NCBI GenBank assembly: GCA_964247055.1
Contig: OZ176055.1
Span: 8,308,001-8,372,000, forward strand
Direction: 5' to 3'
Source: Paragordius varius
Lineage: Eukaryota > Animalia > Nematomorpha
DNA length: 64,000 nucleotides
The notes beneath the pieces are model-generated. The model was not told the origin of the DNA and ran no database searches. It was given only the letters and a program-made list of their open reading frames with translations. Below, one piece after another: positions 1-14,200 of this stretch (position 1 is its first letter; each line of letters begins with the position of its first letter). The translations under genes and the position numbers were made by a program.

Positions 1-82
1 TAGGGCAGCTTTGATATTTGAAATTCGTCAAAATTTACACAACATTTTTATGATATATAATATTTTTGATACATATATATAG

Positions 83-3000
83 GTATAAAATCGGCCATTT
101 TAATTCAAAGATGGTACAGACGTTACTTAGCTCGACTGGAAGCACGGCGAAGGTATACGTGGAAAATATTTCAAAGCCTTGAATACGAAGGAGAAAATGA
201 CCAACTTAAGGTTAAGTTAGTGTTTTAAATTAAAATATTATCCATGATTTGATGGTATTTCGCATTTTATTATAAATATAATATTGGTTTTTAATGCGAT
301 TATAAATTAAAATACCAATATTTAATAAAAACCAAAATTTATTATTTTCCTCTTTAGCTTTATCAATTTTTCAAAGATGTTTTGGAACAAGAACCATTGC
401 TACAAACCTACTCAAAATCTACGGGCAATCCCTTCACCGACACTATAAGGCAAAAATTAGGTATTGCAATCATTTAATTTTAACACCAGTAACTTTTATC
501 TCTGAGAATAATAACTTAAAATTAGTAAGACACTAAAATATGTTGAGTTATATTTTTGGTTATCATCTAACTTTTACGATTTTTAAAGATATATATATAT
601 TTATCTTTTTTATTTTAGGCCAAAAGTATCCTCCATTCACTGAAAATGAAACAGATTTCGAAATTAGCACGAATCCCGAAAGTTGCCCAGTTGAAAAATC
701 GTACAAAGGGCCTCATGTTACTTTTCCTCTCACCCTGATAGATGTTAAGAAATTAATCGATGCCTTTAAACATGATAAGGTAAATTTCAAACTTATAAGG
801 TCTTAATATCAAAAATTATTTTATTTTTCTAATATTGTTGGTCTTAGGTGCTACATGCTCATTACGTGCTAAAAATCTTACACATTGCCAGAAATTTGTT
901 AAAATCTTACCCAAATATTCGATTAGCTGAAACTTCCATTTCCAATAAAGTAACGGTTTGCGGAGACTTCCATGGAAAACTCGAGGATATACTTGTAGTT
1001 TTTAACAAAGTTAGCATTTTAAAATTTACAAATTTGGTGGTCAGTTCGCTTTATATAAAGATAATTTTCATAATAAATTACAAAAAATATAATTAGAATG
1101 GGTTTCCATCCAGTCAAAACCCTTACGTTTTCAATGGAGATTATGTGGATCGCGGTAAACATTCTATTGAAGTTGTACTCTTAATGATGTGCTATTTCAT
1201 ACTTTACCCAGATTCTGTTTACCTTAATCGAGGGAATCATGAAGACTGTTTAGTCAATTTAAGGTAATATATATTATATATACAGCAATCGAAATTATGC
1301 AGACAAAACGGAAACTATAAATAATTTTTTTAAAAGACAACCATAACTTTTTAAACCGTAATCCGTATAATTTCAATTTATACTATATATATATCTTTAC
1401 TAAGCTAAGGTTTGATCTATTTATTCGATCGACTGCTTTATGGGCAAAGTTATCCATGAATGCTGCACATATGAATGATATAAATTAATATCAAAATTAT
1501 AGTTGTAAAATCAGTCAAAATTTCCTGTTAAAAGGCAAAAATTTAAGTCGTGCGTTTTTTTATATTGGCTGCTGGGTAGGGGGATACCCGCTAAAAACTA
1601 ACCCGTCATATCGAAAGCGTGCCTTTGGTGCTAAATTTCGGAAAACCTATCAGGCTATATGAGTTCAATAGCTGCTTAAAATATTACCCGTAACAAGGCA
1701 AAAATTTAGGTAGTCCGTTTTTTAAGCCGTTAATTAGGCCCTTCACGCCCTGAAAAATGCGCGACCATGGAATTATTTTTCAGTTTTGTGTCAATTTTTC
1801 CAAAAACTAATGAGGGCATATGAAATCAATCATAATTCCAGGTATTCTCCGTAAAAAGGTAAAAATTTAAATCAAGCGCTTTTTTTGTATCAGCCTCTGG
1901 ATAAGGAATACCCGCCTAAAACTGCGCTACCATATCGAAATTGCCTTGTTTAAATTGAAAACTTATCAGGTCACATAAGTTGAATAAGGGCCTGAAATTT
2001 TACCCGTAAAAAGGCAAAAATTTAAGTTGAGCGGTTTTAAGTTAACCGTTAATTAGGCCCTTTACGCCCTAAAAATGCGCTATCATTGAATTAATATTTA
2101 GTTTTGAAGCCATTCTTCCAAAAACTATTAAGAACATAAGGAATGAATGATGATTCCAATTCCCCTATAAAGGCAAAAAATTTTCTTTTATATGGGTAGG
2201 AGGCTACCCGCCTACAACTGCGCCACCACATTGATACATGCGTGACTTTGGAGGCAAATTTTAGAAAAATTATCAGGCCATATGTGTTCAATAAGGGCCT
2301 AAAATATTACCCGTAAAAAAAGGAAAAATTTAAGTAGAGCGGTTTTGTTAAATTACCCCTTAATTGGGCCCTTGCCCTGAAAAATGCGCCACCATAGAAT
2401 GAATTTTTAATTTTGGGGCAATTTTTTTAAAATCCCACGAGAGCTAATGGATCAATCATGATTCCGGTTATTACACGTAGGGAAAAATTTAATCAAGCGT
2501 TTTTTTCGCCTCTGGTTAGGGGGCTACCCGCATAAAACTGGGTCATCATATCGATACACCATGCCTTTAGAGCCATTTTTCAAAACACCTAAAAAATAGG
2601 AACATATGAAATCCATGATTCCAGATATTCCCCATACAGCAAAACTTTTGCCCCACTTATACCTGCCCTTTGGCAGAGAGCTACCCGCCAAAAACTGCGC
2701 CACCATATAGAAATTGCATTGTTTTGGAGATAATTTATAGAAAATTTATGAAGTCATATGAGCTCATTACAAGCTCGAAATATTTCCCGTAACTCGGCCT
2801 TTTTAATTAGCCGTTAATTTGGGTCATTTATGCCCCTAAAACGCCATCATATAACGATTATTTAGTTTTAAGATATTTTTTTAAATAGCCCATTAGACGA
2901 TGGTATCAAAGATGATTCCAAATATTTGCTCTATAAAGGCACTCAGCGCTTTTTCCATATAGGTCTATGGGTAGGGGTATACCGGTTTAAAACTGAGACA

Positions 3001-6000
3001 CCATTGGCGTGATTTCGGAGGGAATATTCATAAAACTTAAGAAGCCATACGAGTTCACTTAAACACATTTCTGGGGAATTTGTATAATATCATTCTTGTC
3101 TTTAAAAAAGGGATCAATGATTTAATTTTTATTTCCCTTGATCCCAGCTGTGTAAACAAAATTTCAAAATAAAACTTTGAACCATGATTTTGTAAAACGA
3201 AATTCATAAAATAAATTTAATGATAGCTGAATATTAACTTTAATAAGGGACAGTTTAAATATGGTCATCGAGTAAACAATATTTGAGCCTATAACCGTAA
3301 AATAATTAAAGACATTCTTTTTATATAATATGTTTTTTTATTATTTTGTTATATTCATCTATTTATTGCAAATTATTAAGAATATTTATCAGTGAGACTA
3401 CGTCACAGCGAAGCTTGACAGGGCCAGCTAGTTATAAGATACATTTATCATGTTGTAACGATTCGAAAAAATTAATTGACAAGGCATACAAAGTTGATGA
3501 GAATTTGCCTACAATTTTAAAAAAATGTATGCGCCTTAAAGAAAGCATATTTTAATAATGCTAGAAATATTTTTTAAGATATTCAAATTTTTAATAGCTC
3601 TCGGATATAAAACTACCCTAAAAGGTTATGAAGTGTTAATATTTGTAAAAATAAATTTTGCTTTGATGACTCAAAATAGGTTTAGCAACTAAATTTGAAT
3701 CGTTATCTGATTAATTTAAATTAATTTGGGGTTATGACCATATAAATACATGATGAAATTATTTTTTATAATTAGATATGGCTTCCAAAAAGAAATCATA
3801 AGCAAATATCAAGTATAATTTTATTAAGGTTTAACCTTTTAAATATATATTTATTTTTCAATAATTGATTTTGTTAGCAAGATTCAGGGAAACTGATTAC
3901 AGCCTTCTCCGATTTTTTTGGCTGGATACCCTTTGGCACCGTTATAAATGACAAAATTTTTGTGTGCCATGGTGGTGTATCAAAAGAAACCGATTTAAAT
4001 TACATTCAAACAATCGATAGAAGCAAAGTATTATAATTATTTTCAATAAAAATTAATAAAATTTCCTGTATAAACAAACTATTTTTCGTTTTTGATATAG
4101 TATATCTCTTTGTTGAAACCCATCAGTAATGCAACGGCACTTATGAATAATTCCTCACATGGCAATAAAACCGTGGAGGAAAGAAATTCACTAGAATGGA
4201 AACAAGTAAATTTTATAATTAAAACATATTATTTTTACGGTAAAAATTGAGTTTGCATGGTCAAAATGTAAAAACTTATAAAGACAAATATTTTTTTAAA
4301 AAGGCTACCATACTTTTTTTAATCTTAATTTTTCTTCTAAAGATTATATTCGTACAAATGTAAAAATATATGGATAATTGATAGCGTTACCAATAGACAT
4401 CTCTATTTCATACTTGTAATGGAATTAGTTATATTTAAAACACAAGTTTAAAAAATTACATCAGTCTTTTAATATTTGTGTTTATGTTTTTACGTTTTGT
4501 CTGTATAATTTCAATTTTTACTGTGTAAATCATTAGTTAATCGATATTCTTTGGAATGATCCCATGAATCGACCTGGTCAAATATTCAATTACATTCGCG
4601 GAGGCGGGGAAATGTTTGGCCCTGATGTGACAAAAGCCTTTCTGGATAAACACAACCTTTCCTTGTTAATTCGATCGCATGAATGCAAGCCCAAGGGTTA
4701 CGAATTTTCCCATGACAACAAAGTGAATATATATATAGAACATAATTTTGCATAATAATATATGCTTTAGTCAATCGATGCCTTTTTGCCTTCTGTTTGA
4801 AATAGATTATAAACCGTCAGTTATTATCCATTTCATAGTGCCAAATTAATTAAATATGTGAATTCATTTATATTAAAACATATTAATAGTTTAACAGCCA
4901 TATAAATTATATGTCTACATTTTAACATAAAAAAGTTGAATAATATAATTTTTATTTGTAAAGCTACTTACCATATTCTCGGCTTCAAATTATTACGAAC
5001 TTGGGAGCAACAATGGCGCATTTGTCCAAATAGATTCTGAATTAAATTTACATTTTGTGGAGTATGTCAGTAGCGAAAACATTTTCAAATATTCAATGAA
5101 TCAAAGGTTGACACACACACTTATTTATAATTTTATATTAAACAAAATTTCCCAAGGTATTTATAAAATTATCTTTAATTTGTGATAAAGGTTATCATTG
5201 TTTGAGGAGTCAGCCATGAGAAATCTAAAAACTCTCCTATTTTCTAACCGAACAACTTTGCTAAATGAATTCGAAAAGTTTGATGTCGATAATAAAGGTA
5301 AAAAAACTTTACACAATAATTTAATTTCCTATTAATATATAAATAATGAATATAAAACAAAATAGGTGTGATACCCATTTCCAAATGGTGCCAAGTTTTA
5401 GAAAACACGCTTCGGTTAAATCTTCCTTGGAGAATTATGTGCAAAAACATTGTTAAAATGGATGAAAACAATATGGTTATCTACAAAAGCATGTTTGATA
5501 ACACGAACCTTAGTTCAACTAAATTGGTAAAATTACTAAAATATTCCGCCTTTTTTTTGTTTTCTTCGTTATTATTAAATATACAGTAAAATTGAATTAT
5601 AAAATTGTAAATGACAAAGGTATTATTTAAATGACAACCTTACCCTTTAATTTTTCTTACTTAAATAATAATTGCAATTGTTAATTACCTAAGATAAGTT
5701 ACACTAAAAAAGTTAAGATTGAAAAACATGGTTTGTTTTGTAAATTTGTCTTTAAGTTTTTACATTTTGTCTGTATTTTAATTTGTCTGTATTTTGTTAC
5801 ACATTGTAGGATGGAATACCCATGATGGAAGCAATCTACCGGAATAAAATTAACCTTGAAAATATATTTAGGCTTATGGATACCGATAATTCTGGTAAGT
5901 ATCCAATATAGGTGTGAATCTAATACAGGTGTGTCCAACACGCTGCACGCGGGCCGAATCTGCATTTTATCAGCAGCTCGCGAGAAATTTTAAATATATT

Positions 6001-6720
6001 TTACGAAAGTAAAATTGATTTGCTTAAACAAATTTTTGAATATGACTTTCCGAAACTTGGCATTAATGTCAAAATAAATAGTAGTTTTGGCTCTCTCATG
6101 TTTAAAATCTAATAAAATGTTCGTTAATTCCCATACATTTTGCAAATGGTCCACGAAGCCCTTGGTCATGGACACCGCTGGTCAAGTACATCAAAAAAAA
6201 ATAAGAAGGATATACAAAACCTATATTCAATAAAATATAATTTAATTGTATTATAAGAAAAATCTGACATTTTGACTGATTGAAAAGATAGGGATTATTT
6301 TTAATGTAAAAATAACATTGTTAAATTATACATTGTTTCATCTTGTTTTTCATTCTTTTCTACGTTTCCATCATCCGAATTTATCCTAAAATCAGGGGTT
6401 TTTTTTAAAATTAACCAGATCAAAATGTCAAAAATTTAAGTAGAAACAAATGAGGTTTTTTACTGTAACTATGTTTTAACAATATAATTATCTAATTAAT
6501 GTTAAATTATTATCCATTTATAATAGGGCTTATCAGTCAAGATGAATTTGCCAGTGCCTGTAAGTTTTTGGGTGAACATGCTCACATCAATTTAACTGAG
6601 CCCGATGTAAAGGTTTTAGCCAAAAGCTTAGATCTAAATAATGATGGCTACATTGATTTAAATGAATTCCTTGAAGCTTTTCGCCTTGTTAATGAACCTG
6701 TTGATTTGAGCCCAAAATGA
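83..6720 (+). CDS. PPEF: Serine/threonine protein phosphatase with EF-hands (PPEF/rdgC family), 5'-partial, 14 exons visible
   Basis: Exons (GT-AG, phases consistent): 83-210, 358-460, 619-779, 848-1009, 1097-1263, 3776-3812, 3878-4027, 4101-4205, 4537-4722, 4964-5106, 5191-5297, 5366-5526, 5810-5894, 6527-6720 (TGA). Translation shows the IQ motif [14 protein letters not shown]; PPP catalytic motifs GDFHG, GDYVDRG, RGNHE, HGG, RSHE, SASNY; and C-terminal EF-hands DTDNSGLISQDE and [12 protein letters not shown]. This architecture is diagnostic of PPEF/rdgC. The first exon begins mid-codon, so the start codon lies upstream of the window. Confidence 0.95.
1394..3431 (+). mobile_element. Non-autonomous Helitron-like element (copy 1) in PPEF intron 5, containing ~10 internal ~157-bp tandem units
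   Basis: The putative 5' end is A|TCTTTACTAAGCTAAG at 1394. The 3' end has a hairpin GTCACAGCGAAGCTTGAC followed by AGGGCCAG-CTAG|T at 3428-3432, the classic Helitron signature (subterminal hairpin, CTRR, A/T target). Body 1520-3431 is homologous to 41975-43890 and, in part, 13220-14040. Confidence 0.75.
5926..6180. mobile_element. hAT/Charlie-like MITE (PPEF last intron)
   Basis: CAGGTGTGTCCAAC..GCGGGCCG ... GGACACCGCTG termini. The flanks ATCTAATA / GTCAAGTA both resemble the NTCTAGAN Charlie target. A related copy lies at ~24023-24304 (CAGCGGTGTCCAGC..GGGCCGCAT). Confidence 0.55.
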
Positions 6721-7479
6721 AAGATTGAGATAGTCTATAACATGTGAGTGCAGTAAAAAGTGAAATTATTACACAGATAAAACGTAACAACTAAAAGGAC
6801 AACAAATGTTTTTTTTACAAAAAGACAACCAACCATACGCTTTTATAATATAAACTATTTTTGTACAATTTTAAATTTTATAAAATTCTACATCCCTGTT
6901 TGTAATTTAATATGATGAAAGAAAAAAAATATCAAGATTTTAGTTATAACTGTATTTAAATCAAATATTTGCCTTTTAGTCTTAAGGTTTTGTCTGTTTA
7001 ATTTTATTTACTGGAAGAACGCAGATTGATTAAAGATGTTCTGTATGCTATTATGGAAAAACGTTTCGGAATGTATTTTACATCTTTGTTATTTTACATG
7101 ATCTTATTGTGATAAACGCCAATTTCCAATACCAAAAAATTATAATAATAAATGACCAATATATTTTGCAATATGTAGTTTTACTAAATAAATTTTATTG
7201 TTTAAATATGCTATCATTGCTGCAAAAATCAATTTTCTTTGTCATTTACATCCTTATAGATTTCTGAGATGAGTAAAATGAAAACCTTAATTATCGTAAG
7301 AATTGAAATTTAATAAGGAGGAGGGTATCTGGTGAATATTATTAATATCGTAATTTTAATCGAAAGTGTTTAAACATGACCCAAATATTTGTTAAATTAT
7401 CGGTTAATTTCTATTCATTACCTATATATTACATCTGATATCTCGGTAAAATCAAAGATGGTTAGCCTTAGTGAGAAAT

Positions 7480-7960
7480 AATTAACGTCGACCTTTTCAA
7501 AAGTCTATTACTTTTTGATCATTTATTATAAATGTGTCGGATATAGGCGAGCTACTTTTTCAAATTAGGCCCCGTATTTAGCCGTCTACACTGTTTGACA
7601 CTTTTTACCAAGAAACTAAGTCACTACCCAAAATAATATTAAGACCAAATTTTCACCCAAAATATGAGATATAACAAATAAATAGTGGTTAAGGGAAAGG
7701 TTTTTAGGCCAGGGCTATTTTTTATAAGCCCTGCCACAAAATAATAACGTGGATTAGAGGCTATTTTTTGCCCAAGCTATAAGATATCAATCATGGTTGG
7801 TATAACCCGCATAAAGGCAAAATTTTAGCTAGGCACTTTTTTGAATAAGTCGTTTAGTAGGGCTCAATGCTTTATAATATATGCCACCATATAAAATATT
7901 AGCGTGCCTATGGGTGAAATAAAGATTTAAGCAAGTATAAAGGCAAAGATTTTAATACAG
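7480..7960 (+). repeat. Old, diverged relative of the Helitron tandem-unit family
   Basis: Degenerate versions of family motifs (AAATTAGGCCC, ATAAAGGCAAAATTT, GAGGCTATTTTTTGCCCAA) are present. It resembles 14040-14250 of copy 2. Boundaries are approximate. Confidence 0.45.
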
Positions 7961-8971
7961 TGAGTGCTTTTTAATTAACCGATGGCTTTTTATTTTATAA
8001 CCGAGTTAACTATTCAAATTCAATTTTTAATAATAGTTTTGCGATAACAAATGTTACAATAAATAGGTTATTGAGTGCTAAGTTATAAGCGGATTACTAT
8101 AACGGCAGTAAATTGATTGGACGAAAAACAGCCCTAGAGATGCTAAAGGACTTTTTATTTTAAATTTCTTTTGGTTTTTTAATCACAATGTAATCATTAT
8201 ATTTTTAGAAAAAATTCTTTTTGGTTAAGTCAGTGATAGGGCTCAGATATTAAAAAAACTTTACCTATTTTCAAAATAACAGATTATAGAATCGCCATTT
8301 AAATAATCATATATCTGTAATTGTGTAAAAAAATTTTATCGTTTCAGTTTTAATGCAACAAAGTAATTTTTTTATGCCTTATTGGATTCATAAAAACGAT
8401 TTTTTGAAATGCCTCTGTTTTAATGTTTTTTATGTTTGATTTCTAGGAACAAAGAATGTATCTAAGTTTTTAAGGTGTCAATAAAACTTGGTCAGTTATG
8501 TTCGCTTAATCGGACTCTAAATTAAGCCCTAATGTGTGTAACTGTTTAAGTCTCAAATTATAAATGAAATACAGGGTCAGATTTAATAAGAAAAAAAACG
8601 TATATTACTGATATAACCGATCATTTATAAATTCGTTCATATTTGGTATAGTGTTAATCAAAAATAAAGGAACTCAAATATGTTTCACCCAGTTTAATAA
8701 TCTTTTCGACACTGTCATAAGGGCCGTAACCATCATAAATATAATTTTTGTGCGCACCAACCAATTTGTCACATAATTATTTTTTAGAACCGATATTAAT
8801 TGTTTTTTAACCTTGTATAAATAAAAGTGCAACTGGATGTGAACTAAGGAAAATTTGGAAAGTTTTCTGAATGCAATTTCTTCATTAATAAGTTGACAGT
8901 AACCAAACGGCTGTGCTCATTCATATTTTAAAATTAACATATTTCTAAATAGTCTGAGTAAAGTTTATGAA

Positions 8972-10050
8972 CAGGTAGAGTAAGTCTGCACCAGTTTTTA
9001 AGAAAAGACCTAATTTTGAAAGACATCATTTGTTTTATTTTTAATATATTTTATCGGGCTTTTACACATCTCGCCTACCTCTCAGCAGATAAACTGATAG
9101 TCTTTTTCTGCAAACTATTCGTCAAGCCATTTTTCAACATTTTTAAAATTATTAAAGGCTGATTTGCGAGCGTGTGTGCCTCATTGATGCGAGAAGGTAA
9201 TAGAAAAGCATCAGGTCGAAAGAGTACGGCTGATGCGGAGGAAGCCATCGAAGCGATTTTAATGCGTCTTAAACTGGGTTTTCTGTGCGAATAAACAATA
9301 CCGCTCTGTTCCGACCAGACACGGAACCTGGTCATTTTTACGATGCAATTTGGCTTTATTGTGTAGGGACTGGATTGTCAAGGTAAAAGCCAAGAATTTT
9401 TAACTTTAGAATTACAAAATAAAGCCATCTCTTATCATCCATCACAATTTGATGCAAATCCATTCTTTTCAGGGCCTAAAGCAGGATTTCACAAGTTTCT
9501 TTGCCATTTTCAATTTGACGTCATTTAATTGTGGAGCCCATTTAGAGTTTAATGGTCTTTGCCATTTAAACGTCTACTGAATGTTTTTTGTGATTCATCT
9601 TATGTTTCTGCCGATTGCTGTAGTTTAAGGTGAGTCATAATCTAATATCACTTGAATTTGATCGTACGCGCAGTGGGGTCTTCCAAAGCACACACTCACT
9701 TTAACAAAATCGCAACCTTTAATGTTAAAAAAAGCTTCACCTATTTAAAGCATGTTCATCATATGTTTTTTTCACAGTAAACAATAACTTACAGCAGCCT
9801 TTTTTAATGAAATAAAAATGTAACTCGTGCTGCAAACGTTCTTTTTCAGACTAAATTCATCATGATTAATAATTGTTAATAAAACGCTAGTTTTGGCGAA
9901 CTCAAAATGTGTTTGCATGTGTTAGATGAACAAAATAAGGTTGTAACAAATTAATCTACTCTTATATTTCACTGACGTTTCTCTTAGCCTGGTATAAATA
10001 TTTGAACGAACTGCTGTAAAACTTCAAAGAACACGTTTCTTATTTTATAG
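8972..10050 (-). mobile_element. Decayed, internally deleted mariner (Mos1/mauritiana-like) transposon
   Basis: Minus-strand translations across frameshifts and stops: KTYDEHAL, KGCDFVKV..GRP, KWAPQL (WVPHEL), LHQIVMDDKRWLY (IVTGDEKW), VWSEQSGIVY (VWWDQSGVIY), PHQPYSFDL..YYLLASM (YSPDLAPSDYHLFASM), NFKNVEKWLDE*FAEKD. The HDNA segment is missing. A TIR-like CAGGT..ACCAGTTTTT lies at ~8972-9000. This explains ORF 9075..9335. Confidence 0.85.
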
Positions 10051-11294
10051 GCTGAATACCACAGGAAATTATTCGGACGAACTCGAACTTTTTTAACCCT
10101 TTAAAATCAATCTTAGATTCAAAATTGGGAAAGCACCTTTCATTTTTGAAGGCCAATCCATTCCACATTTTTTGACTTTTTTATTTTATTTTTACGTTTG
10201 ACAAAGATTACTTGTAGTAATCGAAATATTATAATAAATTTATATTATTTTTGCTGAATTATTCCATATATAATAACCATATATGTATTTTTATATTGCA
10301 TGCTTTCTAAATTTTAATTTATGTTTTTCACGTTATATATTTCTCCCTTGCACGACACAGAAAATTAATTAAAATTCACAAGACTCCTTAAGGCTAGCTT
10401 GCTTTATTATGAAAACAAATACATTGTAATTTTCAAAAATCTAAAAAAATATTTACATTTCAGTTAGCTCATCATACGTCTGTATGCATTAAGCAAGTAT
10501 GTTAAAATTGCTTTTCATATATTAGGAATTTAAAATATTTTATCTCGTTCTTTAAAATTGTAACTAACAATTTCATTATTCTTACAAAATTTATATATTA
10601 AATTTTTTATAAAAAAATTAACATTTGTTTAAAATAGTATGTAATAATAAAATGCACGCCCAAACACAAAATTTATTGGGTGTGTGTTATATAATTAACA
10701 ATATGCAATGAGTGCAGTTTTTCGAAATAAAAATATGACTAAGATAAATATATAGTATGATTCATATCGCAAAAAACGAACCGTAATATTTATTATATAC
10801 ATAAGGAATAAACATTTTAAGGTATATAGGTAAAAACACCTTATTTTTGTGTGTTTATTCTTTAGCGTTTTCTGGATTGCGGTTGTTTTGTTAAACTATC
10901 ATATATAAGTTTAGCTAAGAACATAAGTATTAACCTCTGTACTGAATGAGAAAATTTAGATGCTTAGTATTTCTAAATTTTTATATTGTATTTAACTGAG
11001 AAGGAGTTAAGCATAGTAGGCAAAATATACATAAATAGTCGCTAAAGTATATACACTAAAACATATAATAAAACATAACAAAACAAAACATTATATAAAT
11101 ATTTATTGTGGTTTATATCCTAACGTTTATATTTTAAAATTATATTTTACTTTTTTTTATTATTTTCATTATATCTTTTTTTTTCATTTTTCGGACACGT
11201 TAATTTTATTTGATAATATATCTTATTCAAAATAGCCAGTCAAGGTGTACAAAAATTATAATTACAAACTTAATTTATTTCTACTTAACGCAAA

Positions 11295-14200
11295 ATGACA
11301 ATTGAAATCAAGGATTCTGTCGTCAACCCCGTAAGAATTTACTTAATATCTTATTGTTATATATAATTTTTAAATAATTTTCTTAAATATTTATAATGAT
11401 GGCTAATTTTGATAACAGCTATTGATTATTAAAAATTACAATTATGGCATTGTATTATTATCAATAAAATCGTATTGGTAAAGTTTTGAAAAGTGAAAAA
11501 TCTTAAGCATAAATGCCCTGCCTGCCTGCCTATTTTCCTTATGTATATATAGTTTATTTTATTATATATATCATGATTATCATTATTGAAATGTTTACTT
11601 AAGTGGTTTTGGCTATGGTTAAAAATAAGTTGAAGATAATAAAATTGTTCAATATATGATAAAAAAATAAAATATAACTTTTTGTTGTATATAACAAAAC
11701 TATAACAAATTCTATTTTTGCAAATATATTATTATTTACTAAACATCTTTAAATGTTTTCATCATTCACAATTCGCCGAAACTCATCGGCGGCACTCAAT
11801 CTTGTAAATCCAATTCCAAATTTGCATTTTCCTAAGGTATCATTTTTTCGTTTTTTTAAGGTTTAAAAAGAAAAAACAAGTTAAAAATTTTTTTGGTTGG
11901 ACAAACATCTTTGATAAAAAATGGTTTTAGCTGTAAGTAATATAGTTTATCGATTTTTGGTTTTTCGCGCAAGAACCGTTACTTTTTATATCATGTATGT
12001 ATATGTTTTTAAATTCTGAAGAACAACACCAGAGAATCTAAATTAATTTATATGTCTACATGTGGATGGTGTTAACTGTTAGTTAACAGGCTACAAAATC
12101 AATATATATGTAACGGCCATGATGATTTTAGATTTAGTATGCATAGCGTGAACTATAAAAATATATTTTGGCTGGTTCGTTAAGAAATTAAATTAAATTT
12201 ACGATATTGTAGAAAATTCCATACAATGGTGAAATATTGGGAGGACTTCAACCTGGAAAGATGGTATTTATCCAAGGAGAGCTATCTAAAAATCCAAAAA
12301 AGTTTAAAAATTTATAATTTTTCCATTGACCTAACTTAAGCTTCTTACACTACTATACTTTATTTCAATTAATTTAATTAGTTTGTACCGTACTTTGTTT
12401 TAAAAGTTACTTTGGCAACAGTAAATAACTTGTGTCAAATTTAATTTGTTAAATAGCATCATCGATGTTGATCCACCTTAGATTGCTTTATCCATATATT
12501 AATTAACCTTTTGTCCTCTTTCTTTATGTTTCTTAAATTAAAATTGCCAACAAAAACACCTAAAAAAACCTATCTGATAAAAAGGAATTATACTCATAGA
12601 TTTAATATATAGTTATTAATTGATTATTGCCTAAAATTGTTAAGATCCAGCATGAGTTGAGTAATAAGGCACAATTTAATATATAATGCATTTATTGGGG
12701 CTTATGGGTAGGTAGTTTTAAATACAATAAACAAAATATGAATAGTTAAAACAAAAATGTTTGTTTGTAATCTCTATATTTAAAAAAATGGAAAATGCTG
12801 GCTTTGAGATCTGTTTCCGGAAAACCGGTAGACCCATTCAAATACAAGGTCAAAAAAATATAATCATTAATGAATGCCCCGATTATAGCTTCGCCTTTTT
12901 TTGAATTAAACCCCCAGTTCGGGCCCACCCCGTGTAAAAAACGGGTTTTTCTGAAAACCAAGTCCACAAAAATCGTGTCTTTGAGGACAATTTTCCGGAA
13001 AACGTGTTTACCATTCGAATTCTAATAGAATTTTTTTTACTTATTTTCGATTGTGCCGAACATAGTCTGCTCGCTTTTTTAATTTAGGCCCTTTTTTTGC
13101 CGGCTACCCGTTAAATGCCATTTCATTCAAAAAACTAAGTCCACAAAAATAATTTTTTAAATTTATTTTTCGCCCAAGGTATTGTGACCGTAAAAATTCA
13201 ATAAGAATTCCAGGTATTCCCTATTAAAAGGCAAAAACATAAGTCGTTCGTTTCTTTATCGGCTGCCGGGTAAGGAGCTACCCGCTAAAAGCTGATTTTT
13301 TATATCAAAATAGCTTGCCTTCTTTGGGGCTAAATTTCGAAAAACCTATCATATGAGTTTAATAGCTTCTTAAAATATTATTCGTAACAAGGCAAAAATT
13401 TAAGTCGTGCGGTTTTTTTAAAATATCCCTCATTTAAGCCCTTCATACCCTAAAAAATGTGGTATCATTGAACTATAATTCAGTTTTAAGCCTCTGGGTA
13501 GGGGGCGACCCGTCATTAACGCGTCACCATATGGATGCAGCATGCCTATGGAGCTAAATTTCAGAAAACTTATGTTAATAAGAACATATGAAATCCATGA
13601 TAATTCCAGATATTCCCCAAATAAAACATTTTTTTTTATATCTCCCCGGTAAGGAGCTACCCGCCAAAAACTGCGCACTATATAGCAATTGCGTTGTTTT
13701 GGAGGTAATTTACTGAAATTTTATGAAGTTATATGAGCTCAATAAAGGCTTGAAATATTACCCGTAACTAGGCAGAGAAGGTCAGGGTTTTTTTTATTAG
13801 CCGTTAATTTGGCTTATGCCCTAAAAATACGCCATCAATAACTTAGCGTTGAGGTATTTTTTCGAGAGACGATGGTATCAAAGATAATTTAAAATATTTC
13901 CTATAGAGGTAAAGAATACTCAGCGCTTTTTTCATATAGATCTATGGGTAGGGTTCTACCGCCATACAAAAATGGCGTGGTTTTAGTTCTTATTTTCAAA
14001 TAACTTAAGAAGCCATACAAGATGTCAAAAATAAAGCTTTGCACCTTTCACCCAATAATTATTTAAGCTTTTTATACTAAGATCATTGCTGAATAAATAT
14101 TTTAATGTTAACATTGTTAAAATTTGATGTGCTTGGATTTATACTATTAAACTCGCTCGACAATATGTTTTTGAGGCTATTTTTCGCCAAAATTATGAGA

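Noticed and set aside
961-980. GDFHG and WNDP variants as evidence of a catalytically dead PPEF
   Set aside because: The substitutions affect the variable x of GDxHG and a non-ligand residue. The recognised metal-binding and catalytic motifs (GDxHG, GDYVDRG, GNHE, HGG, RxHE) are intact.
2091-2706. Minus-strand ORFs 2091..2291 and 2524..2706, and similar ORFs at 12746, 13430, 35043-35800, 41534 and 42415-42991
   Set aside because: All lie within the Helitron repeat family. The recurring peptides ([16 protein letters not shown]) reflect repeated DNA rather than a conserved protein, and no Rep/helicase motifs are present.
1520-3060. Regularly spaced repeats as a CRISPR-like array
   Set aside because: The units are whole ~157-bp diverged monomers with no short invariant repeat and unique spacer structure. 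The context is a eukaryotic intron with no cas genes.
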